A DNA stretch of 64,000 bases, taken from Candidatus Kapaibacterium sp. (GTDB taxonomy: Bacteria > Bacteroidota > Ignavibacteria > Kapaibacteriales > UBA2268). The stretch is from positions 672,001 through 736,000 of the forward strand of contig OY762428.1 in NCBI GenBank assembly GCA_963665665.1. Reading direction: 5' to 3'. Positions 43,341 through 53,775 of the stretch are shown one piece after another. The notes beneath the pieces are model-generated. The model ran no database searches, was not told the origin of the DNA, and was given only the letters and a program-made list of their open reading frames with translations. The position numbers and the translations under genes were made by a program. Numbering within the stretch: position 1 is the first letter of the stretch; every line of letters begins with the position of its first letter.

Positions 43341-44399
43341 GCCCTATCCCCCAGTTCTTCCACCCAAATGAACAGGCCGCCGGCCTTAATTCCCCAACCT
43401 GTGGTTTCAATGAATCGAATAATTTCCTTAATTCAAGGCTGTTTCGAACCAGAATCCTGATGTTTGGGCTAATTGCTTTGTTAGCAGGGCTTTATACTGC
43501 CTTGGCTGGAGTTATTGAACTACTGTTTGGCCTTAATGTAGTGAAATTTGGCCTCATTGAGGACTTGTTTAGCCTTATTGAGGACTTGGTTGACTTTACT
43601 GAGGACTTGGTTGACCTTACTGAGGACTTGGTTGGCTTTACTGAACACTTGGTTGGCTTTACTGAACACTTGGTTGGCTTTACTGAACGCTTGGTTGATC
43701 TTACTGAACACTTGTTTGACCTTACTGAACGCTTGGTTGATCTTACTGAACGCTTGGTTGATCTTACTGAACATGTTCTTTGCCTCCGACCAAGAGTTCA
43801 ATGCCTTCAACCAAGGCATCAATGACTCCGACCAAGGCAGCAATAACTCCGAACAAGGCAGCAATAACTTCGAACAAGGCATCAATAACTTCGAACAAGG
43901 CAGCAATGACTCCGAACAAGGCAGCAATATCTTCAACCAAGGCAGCAATAACTCCAACCAAGGCAGCAATAACTCCGACCAAGGCATCAATGACTCCGAC
44001 CAAGGCAGCAATAACTCCGACCAAGGCAGCAATAAAGCAAAACATTGCTGCAATAGTGTCGACCAAGAGTTCATTATCTTCAAACAAGGCGGCAATAGCT
44101 TCAAACAAGAGTTCATTATTATCAAACATCGGTGCATTGCTTCTGACCCCTCCCAAACCCTCCCCGAAGGGGAGGGCTTTGAAGTAAAACAAGGCAGAAA
44201 TGGATTCAAACATTGGTGCAATGCCGCTGCACCTGCCTACCTCCCCCCGGCCCCCTCCTTCGAAAGGAGGGGGAGTTAATTCTATGATATTTAACTTCTT
44301 ATCCCCTCCTAAAGTAGGAGGGGAATACAGGGGTGGTTTTCTTGCTTTGCTTACGAACAGGGCATTATTATCCACGAGCTAAAGCACGTGGCTATTGAA
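43341..44399. repeat. Copy 2 of the ~1.07-kb head-to-head 21-bp array element
   Basis: Array A 43558-43767 (10 units), centre GAACATGTTC 43769-43778, array B 43782-44138 (17 units); left flank differs from copy 1 at about 20 of 217 positions by manual count. Confidence 0.95.
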
Positions 44400-44514
44400 T
44401 TTTGATGATGGACGGGGGTGGAGTTCCGGAAAATTCCCCTCCAGTGGAGGGGTGGCGAGCGAAGCGAGACGTGGTGGATTCTTCATGCATTATCTGCGAG
44501 AGAGGCTGGAATTT

Positions 44515-45096
44515 TTACATTTCATCATCTTTCAGGCTTTCATAAAGGAGGTCTATATGATATGAAAATCCGGGAATAAGTTTGAATCGCCAGGCATCGT
44601 CCATGTATATAATACCATTGCAGAGTTCCGCCACTGCCGAAGCTATAAGCCCGTAGCTGATTCCCCAGAGATTGACACTGCCTTCGTACCTGGAAAAACG
44701 CCATAGTTTATTTACTTCTCTGGCTTTTTCCAGATGCATATCAATATCTTTTATTACCTGGTTATTTAGCTTTATTTCATCAATGAACCACCATGGGTCG
44801 CTGTCCTCCCAGCTTTTATCATAAAGCGTTTCGTTCTCGATTTTTATCTTTATTCCATTATTAATATAATTTACTTTGCAGTATTCATTTGCTTCCCAAC
44901 AGAAAGGCTGCCCTGTTTCAGGAACGATAATGCCTTTATTTTTGTCAGGGGAATGAATTTCAACGGAAAGCTCCACAGGCTGGTTAAAACTGAAAAGATG
45001 AAGCAGGCTGTTAATTTTCTTTTGGCTCAATTCCAGAACATCGCCAAATGTGAGAATATTGTTTTCTGTAGCGACAACTTCAAATATTTTACTCAT
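44515..45096 (-). CDS. Hypothetical protein
   Basis: 193-aa ORF with ATG start downstream of the vor operon terminator; no family recognised. Confidence 0.6.
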   Translation of the reverse strand: MSKIFEVVATENNILTFGDVLELSQKKINSLLHLFSFNQPVELSVEIHSPDKNKGIIVPETGQPFCWEANEYCKVNYINNGIKIKIENETLYDKSWEDSDPWWFIDEIKLNNQVIKDIDMHLEKAREVNKLWRFSRYEGSVNLWGISYGLIASAVAELCNGIIYMDDAWRFKLIPGFSYHIDLLYESLKDDEM

Positions 45097-45117
45097 AAAA
45101 TCTTATATAATTTTTAG

Positions 45118-45150
45118 AAAAAAAGCCGCCCGAAAAAGGAGCGGCTTTTA
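45118..45150 (-). terminator. Intrinsic terminator of the oxidoreductase operon
   Basis: AAAAGCCGC...GCGGCTTTT stem with T-run on the minus strand. Confidence 0.7.
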
Positions 45151-45170
45151 AAAATATTATTTATCCCTGC

Positions 45171-45707
45171 TTATTTGATAAGGCTCTGGCCAACGGCAAA
45201 AGCTTCAAGGTTCAGCGGGATAAGTTTGTGGTGGCGTTCCGGAAGCACTTTGTACAGAGCTTCTTCAACTGTTTTAGGAGAAACTGTTCCCCTTGCTTTG
45301 ATGAAAGCGCCCAGGATAATCATATTGAGAACTTTCATGTTTTTCAGCTTAAGAGCTTCTTCACTACCTGGAATGGCATATATATTAATATCTTCCCTTG
45401 TGGGGGGATTAATAATATTCGTGCTGTCGAAAATAATGTTGCCGCCGGGTTTAACTTTTTCTTCGAATTTATCAACCGAAGGCTGGTTAAGCGCAACAAC
45501 TGTATCGAAAGTAGTAATAACCGGTGAACTAACCATTGTATCGGAAATAATCGTGATACAGTTGGCAGTACCGCCCCTCATTTCCGGCCCGTATGACGGG
45601 AACCAGCAAACTTCCTTATTTTCCATCATTCCGGAATAAGCAAGCATCATACCCATTGAAAGGACACCCTGTCCTCCGAATCCTGCGAAAATTGCTTCTT
45701 CTGTCAT
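45171..45707 (-). CDS. 2-oxoacid:ferredoxin oxidoreductase gamma subunit
   Basis: AGFGGQGV, PSYGPEMRGG, NMIILGA. Confidence 0.92.
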   Translation of the reverse strand: MTEEAIFAGFGGQGVLSMGMMLAYSGMMENKEVCWFPSYGPEMRGGTANCITIISDTMVSSPVITTFDTVVALNQPSVDKFEEKVKPGGNIIFDSTNIINPPTREDINIYAIPGSEEALKLKNMKVLNMIILGAFIKARGTVSPKTVEEALYKVLPERHHKLIPLNLEAFAVGQSLIK

Positions 45708-45709
45708 AA

Positions 45710-46513
45710 TTATTTGCCCTCCGGAACTTTTAAATCACCAAGCGGATAGAAAGGAATCATTTTTTCTTCAATGAATTTCATTGTCTGAAGCGGAGTCATT
45801 TTCCATGCCGACGGGCAATTGGAAACAACTTCTACAAGACAAAAGCCAAGTTCTTTTTGCTGATACTGGATAGCTTTTTTCAAAGCTTTCTTTGTCAGCC
45901 TTGCGTTCTTTGTTGTATGAACGGACTGGCGTGTAACATAAGCAGCACCCGGGAGCTGAGCAAGCAGTTCAGTAATTTTCAGCGGGTGGCCCTGGTCTGC
46001 AACGTCGCGTCCGAAAGGTGAAGTTGTAGAAACCATACCCGGCAGAGTTGTAGGAGCCATCTGGCCGCCTGTCATACCGTAAATACCGTTGTTTATAAAT
46101 ATTGCAAGGAAATTTTCACCCCTGTTAGCAGCATGAATAGTTTCATTACCACCAATAGCAGCAAGGTCACCGTCACCCTGGTATGTATAAACGATTTTTT
46201 CCGGCATTACCCTTTTAATGCCTGTTGCCACTGCGCAGGCACGGCCGTGAGCTGCCTGCTGCATATCAACATTCATGTAGTGGTATGCAAAAACGGAACA
46301 TCCAACCGGAGCAACACCAATTGTGTCGTTCTGAAGCCCCATTTCGTCAAGAACTTCCATGAAAAGCTTGTGTACTACTCCATGGCCGCAACCCGGGCAG
46401 TAGTGCAAAGGAGTATCAGTAAGAGTTTCCGGCCTTCTGTAAACCAGGTTTTCTTCCTGAATAATATCTTCCTTTGTAAGTTTCTCAGCATTTATATTAG
46501 CATTGTCGCTCAT
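45710..46513 (-). CDS. 2-oxoacid:ferredoxin oxidoreductase TPP-binding (beta) subunit
   Basis: YCPGCGHG, GDGD, YGMTGGQ. Confidence 0.92.
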   Translation of the reverse strand: MSDNANINAEKLTKEDIIQEENLVYRRPETLTDTPLHYCPGCGHGVVHKLFMEVLDEMGLQNDTIGVAPVGCSVFAYHYMNVDMQQAAHGRACAVATGIKRVMPEKIVYTYQGDGDLAAIGGNETIHAANRGENFLAIFINNGIYGMTGGQMAPTTLPGMVSTTSPFGRDVADQGHPLKITELLAQLPGAAYVTRQSVHTTKNARLTKKALKKAIQYQQKELGFCLVEVVSNCPSAWKMTPLQTMKFIEEKMIPFYPLGDLKVPEGK

Positions 46514-47583
46514 TACTCGCCTCCGTTGATAAATGTTTTTTCAAAATAATCAAGGATTTCGTCCGGTGTCGGGATCATTCCGCCAGTTCTGCCATAATGT
46601 TCAATCCTGGTTTTACCCTCAACGGCGAGCCTGACATCTTCGATCATCTGACCGAAGTTCATTTCCATATCAAGAATACCTTTTACTTTCGGAGCCAGGT
46701 CTGCATATATCTGGTAAGGGAAGGGATAAACAGTGATTGGCCTTACAAGGCCGATTTTGTAGCCTTTTTCCCTGCCAAGTTCCATAGCTTTCGAGCAAAT
46801 TCTTGCTCCAAGGCCATAACCTGTGAATATATAGTCGGCATCATCGGTGTTAAATGTTTCATAACGTACTTCGTTAGCTTCAATTTCCCTGTACTTTTTC
46901 TGGAGCCTGAGGTTTACCTGTTCCATTACTTCCGGTTCGATGAACAGAGATGTAATATAAACTCTGTCTTTATCTTCTACTTTACCGGTTGTTGCCCAAT
47001 CAAGAGGTTCGGTAACTCTTTCCATCTGATCGAAAAGTTCAACTTTTTCCATCATCTGGCCGATAGCACCGTCTGCTAATATCATAACAGGGTTTCTGTA
47101 TTTCATGCTGATTTCAAAACCAAGCTTAACGTGGTCAACCATTTCCTGTACACTTGACGGAGCAAAGGAAATAAGTTTATAATCGCCGTGGCCGCCGCCT
47201 TTTGTAGTCTGGAAATAATCACCCTGTGAAGGCTGAATAGTACCAAGACCGGGGCCGCCCCTGTTAACGTTTGCCAATACGCAGGGCAACTCGGCGCCTG
47301 CTATGTATGACAGCCCTTCCTGCATAAGGCTTATGCCGGGGCTTGAGGATGTTGTCATTACACGTTTACCACAGCCTGCAGCACCATAGATCATATTAAT
47401 AGCCGCAACTTCTGATTCAGCCTGGAGTACAACCATGCCGGTTCTGGCTTTTGCTTCCCTGGCAAGATATTCCAAAACTTCTGACTGCGGAGTGATAGGG
47501 TATCCGAAGTAAGCGTCACAACCCGCGCGAATCATCGCTTCGGCCAGCGCTTCATTGCCTTTCATCAACCTAATTTCGCCCAT
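46513..47583 (-). CDS. vorB: 2-oxoacid:ferredoxin oxidoreductase alpha-type subunit (VorB-like)
   Basis: MKGNEA, GYPITPQSE, TSSSSPGISL, EMNFGQM. Confidence 0.9.
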   Translation of the reverse strand: MGEIRLMKGNEALAEAMIRAGCDAYFGYPITPQSEVLEYLAREAKARTGMVVLQAESEVAAINMIYGAAGCGKRVMTTSSSPGISLMQEGLSYIAGAELPCVLANVNRGGPGLGTIQPSQGDYFQTTKGGGHGDYKLISFAPSSVQEMVDHVKLGFEISMKYRNPVMILADGAIGQMMEKVELFDQMERVTEPLDWATTGKVEDKDRVYITSLFIEPEVMEQVNLRLQKKYREIEANEVRYETFNTDDADYIFTGYGLGARICSKAMELGREKGYKIGLVRPITVYPFPYQIYADLAPKVKGILDMEMNFGQMIEDVRLAVEGKTRIEHYGRTGGMIPTPDEILDYFEKTFINGGE

Positions 47584-47627
47584 TTCTTCTCCTATTGTAT
47601 TATTTCGTTTTTAACTTTTGCTTAAAA

Positions 47628-47864
47628 TTACTGTTTCGGTGTTTTAATTATTTTTCTGTAAACAGTAATGATCGCTTCCGGACATACTATCGCGCAGTTT
47701 GCGCACCCGGTGCATGAATCGTTAACGTTAACGGCGTAGTGATAGCCCTTTTGGTTTATCTTGGTTGCAAGGTCCAGAGTTTCCTCGGGGCATGCAGCAA
47801 TACAAAGCTCACAGCCTTTGCACTTTTCGATATCAATGACTATCTCGCCCAATACCTTAGCCAT
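47628..47864 (-). CDS. 2x[4Fe-4S] ferredoxin (delta subunit)
   Basis: Two CxxCxxCxxxCP motifs. Confidence 0.93.
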   Translation of the reverse strand: MAKVLGEIVIDIEKCKGCELCIAACPEETLDLATKINQKGYHYAVNVNDSCTGCANCAIVCPEAIITVYRKIIKTPKQ

Positions 47865-48131
47865 GTCCGTTACCTCTTATTATCTTAAAAAATTCTTAAT
47901 TAATCACTTAAAGTACAAAGCTTCGCGAATATTTTACTATTCAAACAGCTATAAAAAACAAAATTACAATATTTGAGTATATTTTCAAAAAAAATCCAAA
48001 CGAAAATCTTTGAATCTTCGACAATTAGAAAAAAATATATTAGCCTTAGCAATACTTGTTTTTAGTATATACTATTTTATTAACAGTGATGCATTCGTTG
48101 TTAATCAAAATGTTGGGAACAAAAAAAAATA

Positions 48132-48173
48132 AAAAAACCTTCCTCAGAAATTTTATTCCGGGGAAGGTTTTTT
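48132..48173 (-). terminator. Intrinsic terminator after the binding-protein gene
   Basis: AAAAAACCTTCC...GGAAGGTTTTTT stem. Confidence 0.65.
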
Positions 48174-48206
48174 ACATTTCAATATTATTGTGCTAAATCA
48201 GCATTA

Positions 48207-49436
48207 TTATTTCATTTGTAAAGAACCATCAGAAGTTTTGTAGGTGGCATATTCTTTCCAGAAATACGAGCCTTCTTCTCTGGCAGGTGCCCAGAATATA
48301 TAATCGGCATATTTTCTGTCACCGGCAGCGTTGAATGTAGTTTCGCCGGTTGCGCCTCCATAGTGGTCTGCCTGGTAGATAAGGCTTTCCCTGGCAGTTT
48401 CAATATCAGCATTATAGCCGGCACGTTCATAAGTTAATGCCAGCAGTCGTACTGCATCGTAGGCAGCATAAGCATATACATCAGCTTCATGCCCCAGCTT
48501 TGCAGTCAGTTTTTCTTTTACCGGGCCGTAAGCATACTCAAATTCTTCATCCAGGCCGAAAACGGGACATGGCAGGCCGGCCAGGATAGCAAGATCAACC
48601 GCATTCTGGTTTGATAATAGATTACCGTCCTGCGCAAAGGCAGAACTTCCGTACCATTTTACTTCGGACATATAATCATAAATTTTGTCATCGTCATCGG
48701 TTACATCTTCAAGTATATCCATACCCTCGTCAAAGCAAATCATGTATATTGCAATATCATCTGCAGGTATACCATACTGATTTTCCGTATGCGACTGAAG
48801 TGATGTCAGGGTTCCGTTGAAATTATCTACGTTAGCATTATATGTTTCCTCAACATCAACCTGTATCCCAAGTGCTTCCATTTCATTCTTTGCCTGGGCA
48901 TAGAGGTCATCAGACCAAACATCTTCAATTCTGATGGCTGCTACTTTTTTGATTCCGTCATGCTCCAGCATTTTGGCAATTGCTTTAGCCTGGTGTATGT
49001 CGCTTGGTGTAAGACGGTAAAGATTGTCATCTTCAATGGCCAGCGAAATTGCAACACTTGTCGGGCTAAGCAAAATGATACCGTTTTCATTGGCATATTC
49101 CAGTACTGCCGCGCAATTATTGCTAAGCTGCGGCCCGATAACAATATCTATACCCATTGAATGCAGGGCTTTCAACTGCTTCAGAGCTTCGTTCGCATCT
49201 GACTGTGAATCAAACACTGTAAGTTCCAGCTCGAAACCGGCAGAATTGTCTTTCAGGTAATCATTTGCATCGCTAAGGCCAATCTTTAAAGCTTCGTTTG
49301 CGCTTTCGCCGAGTGATGCACCATGGCCTGTAAGGCTAAGAATAGCGCCGATTTTTTTCACACGTGTTACCTCGTCATCCGAACAGGAATAAATTCCCAA
49401 CGCAAACAGTAATAAAAATATTGATAATTTTTTCAT
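48207..49436 (-). CDS. Lipoprotein, periplasmic binding protein type 1 (LivK-like)
   Basis: Lipobox GIYSC; KIGAILSLTG, YRLTPSD, AYDAV, GATG...GDR motifs. Confidence 0.85.
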   Translation of the reverse strand: MKKLSIFLLLFALGIYSCSDDEVTRVKKIGAILSLTGHGASLGESANEALKIGLSDANDYLKDNSAGFELELTVFDSQSDANEALKQLKALHSMGIDIVIGPQLSNNCAAVLEYANENGIILLSPTSVAISLAIEDDNLYRLTPSDIHQAKAIAKMLEHDGIKKVAAIRIEDVWSDDLYAQAKNEMEALGIQVDVEETYNANVDNFNGTLTSLQSHTENQYGIPADDIAIYMICFDEGMDILEDVTDDDDKIYDYMSEVKWYGSSAFAQDGNLLSNQNAVDLAILAGLPCPVFGLDEEFEYAYGPVKEKLTAKLGHEADVYAYAAYDAVRLLALTYERAGYNADIETARESLIYQADHYGGATGETTFNAAGDRKYADYIFWAPAREEGSYFWKEYATYKTSDGSLQMK

Positions 49437-49445
49437 AGTACTCTC

Positions 49446-50441
49446 TTATGATTTTAAAATTTTACCGATAACTACCGGTTTTTCGGATTTTAATATTTCA
49501 AGCACATTGTTTGCTTCTGATTCTCGAACAATTAAAATCATACCAATACCAAGATTGAAAGCATGACGCATTTCTTCAATATCCACATCGCCTTCTTTCT
49601 GTATCAGTTTAAAAATTGGCAGCCATTCCCATGAATTCCAGTCAATATCCATTGCTGTTCCTTCAGGCAAAACTCTTGATGTATTGCCGATAATACCACC
49701 GCCTGTAACGTGAGAAATTCCCTGAATAAAACCTTTGTCAATCAGTGGAAGCACAATGTGCTGGTATGAGCGGTGAATTTCAAGCAGTGATTCACCCACT
49801 GTTTTACCAAGCTCATTAATATATGTATCAGCTTTGAATTTCGTTAGCAAAACTGCCCTTGCAAGTGAATAGCCGTTTGTGTGGAGTCCGGTGGAAGGCA
49901 GGCCTATCATCACATCTCCGGGTTGAATTGTTTTGCCGTTTACTATCTTATTTTTATCTACTACTCCGACAATAGTACCGGACATATCGTATTCGCCTTC
50001 CTGATACATTGACGGCATTTCGGCTGTTTCACCGCCGATAAGGGCGCAACCGTTTTGCTTGCAGGCAATTGTAAATCCACGGACAACTTCTTCTGCTACT
50101 CCCGGATCAAGTTTACCTGTTGCAAAATAATCCATGAAATACAGAGGCTTTGCGCCGCAGGCCAATATATCATCCACACAGTGGTTTACAAGGCACTGCC
50201 CCACCGTATGATGAGTATTTGTTGCAAAGGCAAGTTTAAGCTTTGTACCCACTCCGTCCACACTTGAAACAAGTATCGGGTGCTCATATTCTTCGAATTT
50301 TGCATCGAAAAAACCGCCAAAAAGGCCAATATCTGTTAGAACTTTATCGTTAAATGTTGACCTGACAAGAGGTTTGATTCTGTCAACAGTTTCATCGCCG
50401 GCTGCTATATCCACACCAGAAGATTTATAAGTTACTGCCAT
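49446..50441 (-). CDS. purM: Phosphoribosylformylglycinamidine cyclo-ligase
   Basis: YKSSGVDI, DGVGTK, GGETAEMP, GLHTNGYSL, HVTGGG. Confidence 0.96.
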   Translation of the reverse strand: MAVTYKSSGVDIAAGDETVDRIKPLVRSTFNDKVLTDIGLFGGFFDAKFEEYEHPILVSSVDGVGTKLKLAFATNTHHTVGQCLVNHCVDDILACGAKPLYFMDYFATGKLDPGVAEEVVRGFTIACKQNGCALIGGETAEMPSMYQEGEYDMSGTIVGVVDKNKIVNGKTIQPGDVMIGLPSTGLHTNGYSLARAVLLTKFKADTYINELGKTVGESLLEIHRSYQHIVLPLIDKGFIQGISHVTGGGIIGNTSRVLPEGTAMDIDWNSWEWLPIFKLIQKEGDVDIEEMRHAFNLGIGMILIVRESEANNVLEILKSEKPVVIGKILKS

Positions 50442-50674
50442 TATTCCACTCTTAAATTATCTAAAACAATAAATATAATAATTATTGCAAAATTAATAAA
50501 TAAATAGCTTAAAGCAGAATAAATAAGAATAAAATCAGTCGCCCATATTAAATATTACTTCAATTTTTTTTAAAATCCTTCTATCAATATTCTAAGAAAA
50601 GTGACAAAAAATGCTTAGAACTGGCAAAAGAATGAGATAAAAAAAGCGTTTACGAAGCATAAGCCGAAAAAGTG

Positions 50675-50708
50675 AAAAGCCGCTACAGTTCTTACTGTAA
50701 CGGCTTTT
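50675..50708 (-). terminator. Terminator hairpin following the tRNA 3' fragment
   Basis: AAAAGCCGCTACAGT-TCTT-ACTGTAACGGCTTTT. Confidence 0.65.
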
Positions 50709-50715
50709 TATTTTT

Positions 50716-50740
50716 TGTGATCCCGGCAGGACATGAACCC
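50716..50740 (-). other. tRNA 3'-end fragment (possibly tRNA-Arg), probable att site of the integrated element
   Basis: Minus strand GGGTTCATGTCCTGCCGGGATCACA resembles a T-arm plus 3' acceptor stem; no 5' half present; 200 bp from the integrase. Confidence 0.65.
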
Positions 50741-50937
50741 AACTAATATTATTAAACATTATTTTACTTAACCATATTATTATTTTGTTATTTAACAAGT
50801 ATTTAGTAAATTACTTCTGTAAAATAATATTTATAATTATTGCTTATTATTAAGCAATTCTTTATGGAATATCTATAGATACTGAACAATAACTTCTGTG
50901 GACAGTAATATCCTTCAACTAAAAAAGAGCAGATATT

Positions 50938-52143
50938 ATGGGAACATCTATAAATTTTTATCTGAATAATGACAGAAAAAGCAAAAACAAAGAGCTGGCT
51001 ATTTATTGCTTTATTAGAGACAGCGGTAAAACAATTTCCCTTCATGCAAATGAGAGAATTGAAAAAAAATTCTGGGACAGCAAAGGGCAGAAAGCTAAGA
51101 GATCATATATTGGACATCCCGAGCTAAATGATTATTTGTATCGATTCCGCGAAAAAGTAAAACAAGTAATAAGAAATGCTAAAATTGAAAATCCTCTTAT
51201 GCCTTTTGATCAATTGAAAGCATATATAATTAAAGAATTCAAGAAAAAAACTGACTACAATTTCTTTCAGATTCTTGATGTTTTCATTGATACCCGAAAA
51301 AGTACAGTTAGTAAGGCAACAATAACCAGATTCCATACTTTTACCAAACATCTTGAAGATTTCAGCAAGACTGAGCAATTGGATATTGCCCTTGATACAA
51401 TTGATCTAACATTTTTTGATAAACTCCAAAGCTTTTTTATTTCGAAAAATTTGAGCAATAATTATATCTATAAACAAATGCAATTCCTCATATCTTTTCT
51501 TAAATGGGCCTACGAAAGAGAATTTACTAAAAATAACAAATTCGAAAAATATCAGAATGTAAAGAAGACACCATCTGATCAAATTGCACTGACAAAAGCT
51601 GACCTGAAGAAAATTATGGATGCAAAAAATCTTGGTGATAAACTTGAGAAAGTAAGAGATATGTTCCTGTTTCAGCTTTATACCGGCCAGCGTTATGCGG
51701 AAATTGCAAAATTCGACATCAGAGACGTTCATAATGGAGTTTGGAATCTGTATCAGGACAAAACCAAGAAGAAAGTTGAAATACCGTTGATCTCCCCTGC
51801 CCTGCAAATTGTGGCAAAGCATGGCAATAAACTGCCGATTATAACAAACCAGAAGCTGAACAAATATCTCAAGGAACTGGGCGAAAAAGCAGGGCTGGAT
51901 GAAATAATAACTGTTGCAAAATTCTCCGGTGGCGAGAAAATCGAACAGAAGCTGCCGAAATACAAACTGCTGTGCACACATACAGCGCGGCGTACTTTTG
52001 TTTCTCTGGCAGGTTATTCGAATATCAATCCCGATGTTGTAAAATCATTCACCGGCCACAATACGGATAAGATGGTCAGCGTATATTTCAAAAAGAATAC
52101 AGAGGACAGCCGGAAAGCCATTGAAGGAATATTTTCGAATTGA
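50938..52143 (+). CDS. Tyrosine recombinase/integrase
   Basis: TGQRYAE, HTARRTF, TGH...VY catalytic residues; Bacteroidota-type N-terminal arm-binding region. Confidence 0.93.
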   Translation: MGTSINFYLNNDRKSKNKELAIYCFIRDSGKTISLHANERIEKKFWDSKGQKAKRSYIGHPELNDYLYRFREKVKQVIRNAKIENPLMPFDQLKAYIIKEFKKKTDYNFFQILDVFIDTRKSTVSKATITRFHTFTKHLEDFSKTEQLDIALDTIDLTFFDKLQSFFISKNLSNNYIYKQMQFLISFLKWAYEREFTKNNKFEKYQNVKKTPSDQIALTKADLKKIMDAKNLGDKLEKVRDMFLFQLYTGQRYAEIAKFDIRDVHNGVWNLYQDKTKKKVEIPLISPALQIVAKHGNKLPIITNQKLNKYLKELGEKAGLDEIITVAKFSGGEKIEQKLPKYKLLCTHTARRTFVSLAGYSNINPDVVKSFTGHNTDKMVSVYFKKNTEDSRKAIEGIFSN

Positions 52144-53758
52144 TAAAAACGACAAAATAATTATTATTGGAATAATTTTAAGGTGTTATAGAAATGAGGA
52201 TTTTGAAATTATGAACAAATATGAAGTAAAATTGGCTGAAGATTTTAGGAACAACCCTTTAGATTGTGACAAAATTATTATTGAAACCCCACCAATAATT
52301 ATTAACAGTATTCTTGATATAGCAAATGAATTTATTATTGATTTTTTCGAACTTTATAATGAAGTATCAATGAAATTTATCAATAATACACATTTGATTG
52401 CACAGAAATACAACTCGATATTAAAATTATTTATTCCACTATTAATTTTATATGCATCAAAAGAGGAACAATTTCATAACAGAATGTTTTATAAAACAAA
52501 TAGTCAATTACGCTCATATCCAAGAATATTTATTCAATTTTTTAATTTATTGATAAGTTCAAATAAGCAATACAGAACAACACAACAAATACTTGAAGAA
52601 TTTCTCAATGCATATCAAAATAACATAAAACCGAATTATAAATTTGAAAACAGAATTAATTATACTATGGGAGTTTTTAATATTGGATTAGATTCATTTG
52701 GGACAAGCAGTCAAGTAAATATTCATTCTATTGAAAAATATGTTAAAACTTTCTTAAAATCAATAATAAGTGGATTAAAATCATTAAGTCACAATAGAAC
52801 CCCACATTGGAATTATAATATTGAAATTATCAAGTTATATTGTAATAACAATCTGAAGAAGAATGAGGTATTCAAATATCTATCAAAATTATACGAAGAT
52901 TTGTCTATTGAAGAAAATCAAAATATTTATGACAATTGGATAGATCTAAAAAGAGAAATAAAAGAACTTAATGAACATTTCATTTTAAGGTCAAAAAATA
53001 TAAAACTTGATCAGGTAGCAAAAATTAAGGAATCTGTAAGAATAATTGATTCCAATTCAAAGGACACACGGATAGTTGTTGATTCAAGCGAACACACATT
53101 AGCCAGAATAATTATGTTTGCAATCCAGTCAGGAATTATTCTCAATCAATCTTCATTTTTAGATATTTTCAAGCACTTTAAGTTCAAGGATGATGAAGAG
53201 GATACAAGAACAAACCAATTCTATGAAAATTGTGATAATCTTATTAATGAAATTCTCAATGGGAATTATGATGAAATTCATGACAATCAATTTTATGAAT
53301 TTACAAAATCATGCGCAACGAAGGTATTAAAAATTGGAAATATTGAAGAGTTTATTATTGAGCTATTAAATCATAATATCCATAAGAACGTTAATAATCA
53401 TATAGTTCATGATGAGACCAGAAATCATTTAAACAGAATCATTATCAACACAGCACAAGCTACATTTATTAGATTTTTAGATTTACTTATTAAGGCAAAT
53501 ATTATTAAAGATCAACCCTCTTTAATTCATATCATTAAAAATTTTAAACTAAATAATGACCCCGATAATCAAAAAACGCAAAAATTAAATGATTCCATTT
53601 ATAAAAAGTTTGATGAAATTAGTGGAAATGATAGAAATATAATTTTTCGTAAATTCACCAAATTATGCATGATGGATTTGAAAATACCAGATTTAGAAAA
53701 TTTGCAGATTGCAATTGAAGAAGAGATAACAAAAAGAAAAAATAACAAATTTTTATAA
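52121..53758 (+). CDS. AT-rich hypothetical protein with a duplicated C-terminal domain
   Basis: 545-aa ORF overlapping the integrase end; start codon uncertain. Confidence 0.6.
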   Translation: MKEYFRIDKNDKIIIIGIILRCYRNEDFEIMNKYEVKLAEDFRNNPLDCDKIIIETPPIIINSILDIANEFIIDFFELYNEVSMKFINNTHLIAQKYNSILKLFIPLLILYASKEEQFHNRMFYKTNSQLRSYPRIFIQFFNLLISSNKQYRTTQQILEEFLNAYQNNIKPNYKFENRINYTMGVFNIGLDSFGTSSQVNIHSIEKYVKTFLKSIISGLKSLSHNRTPHWNYNIEIIKLYCNNNLKKNEVFKYLSKLYEDLSIEENQNIYDNWIDLKREIKELNEHFILRSKNIKLDQVAKIKESVRIIDSNSKDTRIVVDSSEHTLARIIMFAIQSGIILNQSSFLDIFKHFKFKDDEEDTRTNQFYENCDNLINEILNGNYDEIHDNQFYEFTKSCATKVLKIGNIEEFIIELLNHNIHKNVNNHIVHDETRNHLNRIIINTAQATFIRFLDLLIKANIIKDQPSLIHIIKNFKLNNDPDNQKTQKLNDSIYKKFDEISGNDRNIIFRKFTKLCMMDLKIPDLENLQIAIEEEITKRKNNKFL

Positions 53759-53775
53759 TATTTTAAAAAAACAAC

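Noticed and set aside
42859-43363. Short ORFs across the palindrome cluster (also 12102-12296 and 13539-13736)
   Set aside because: They are translations of GC-rich REP-like hairpins.
12464-44399. DGR template/variable repeat pair formed by the two copies
   Set aside because: Differences between copies are not adenine-specific on either strand and no reverse transcriptase is present.
50716-50800. Complete tRNA gene
   Set aside because: Only the 3' ~25 nt are tRNA-like; no D-arm or anticodon arm follows.
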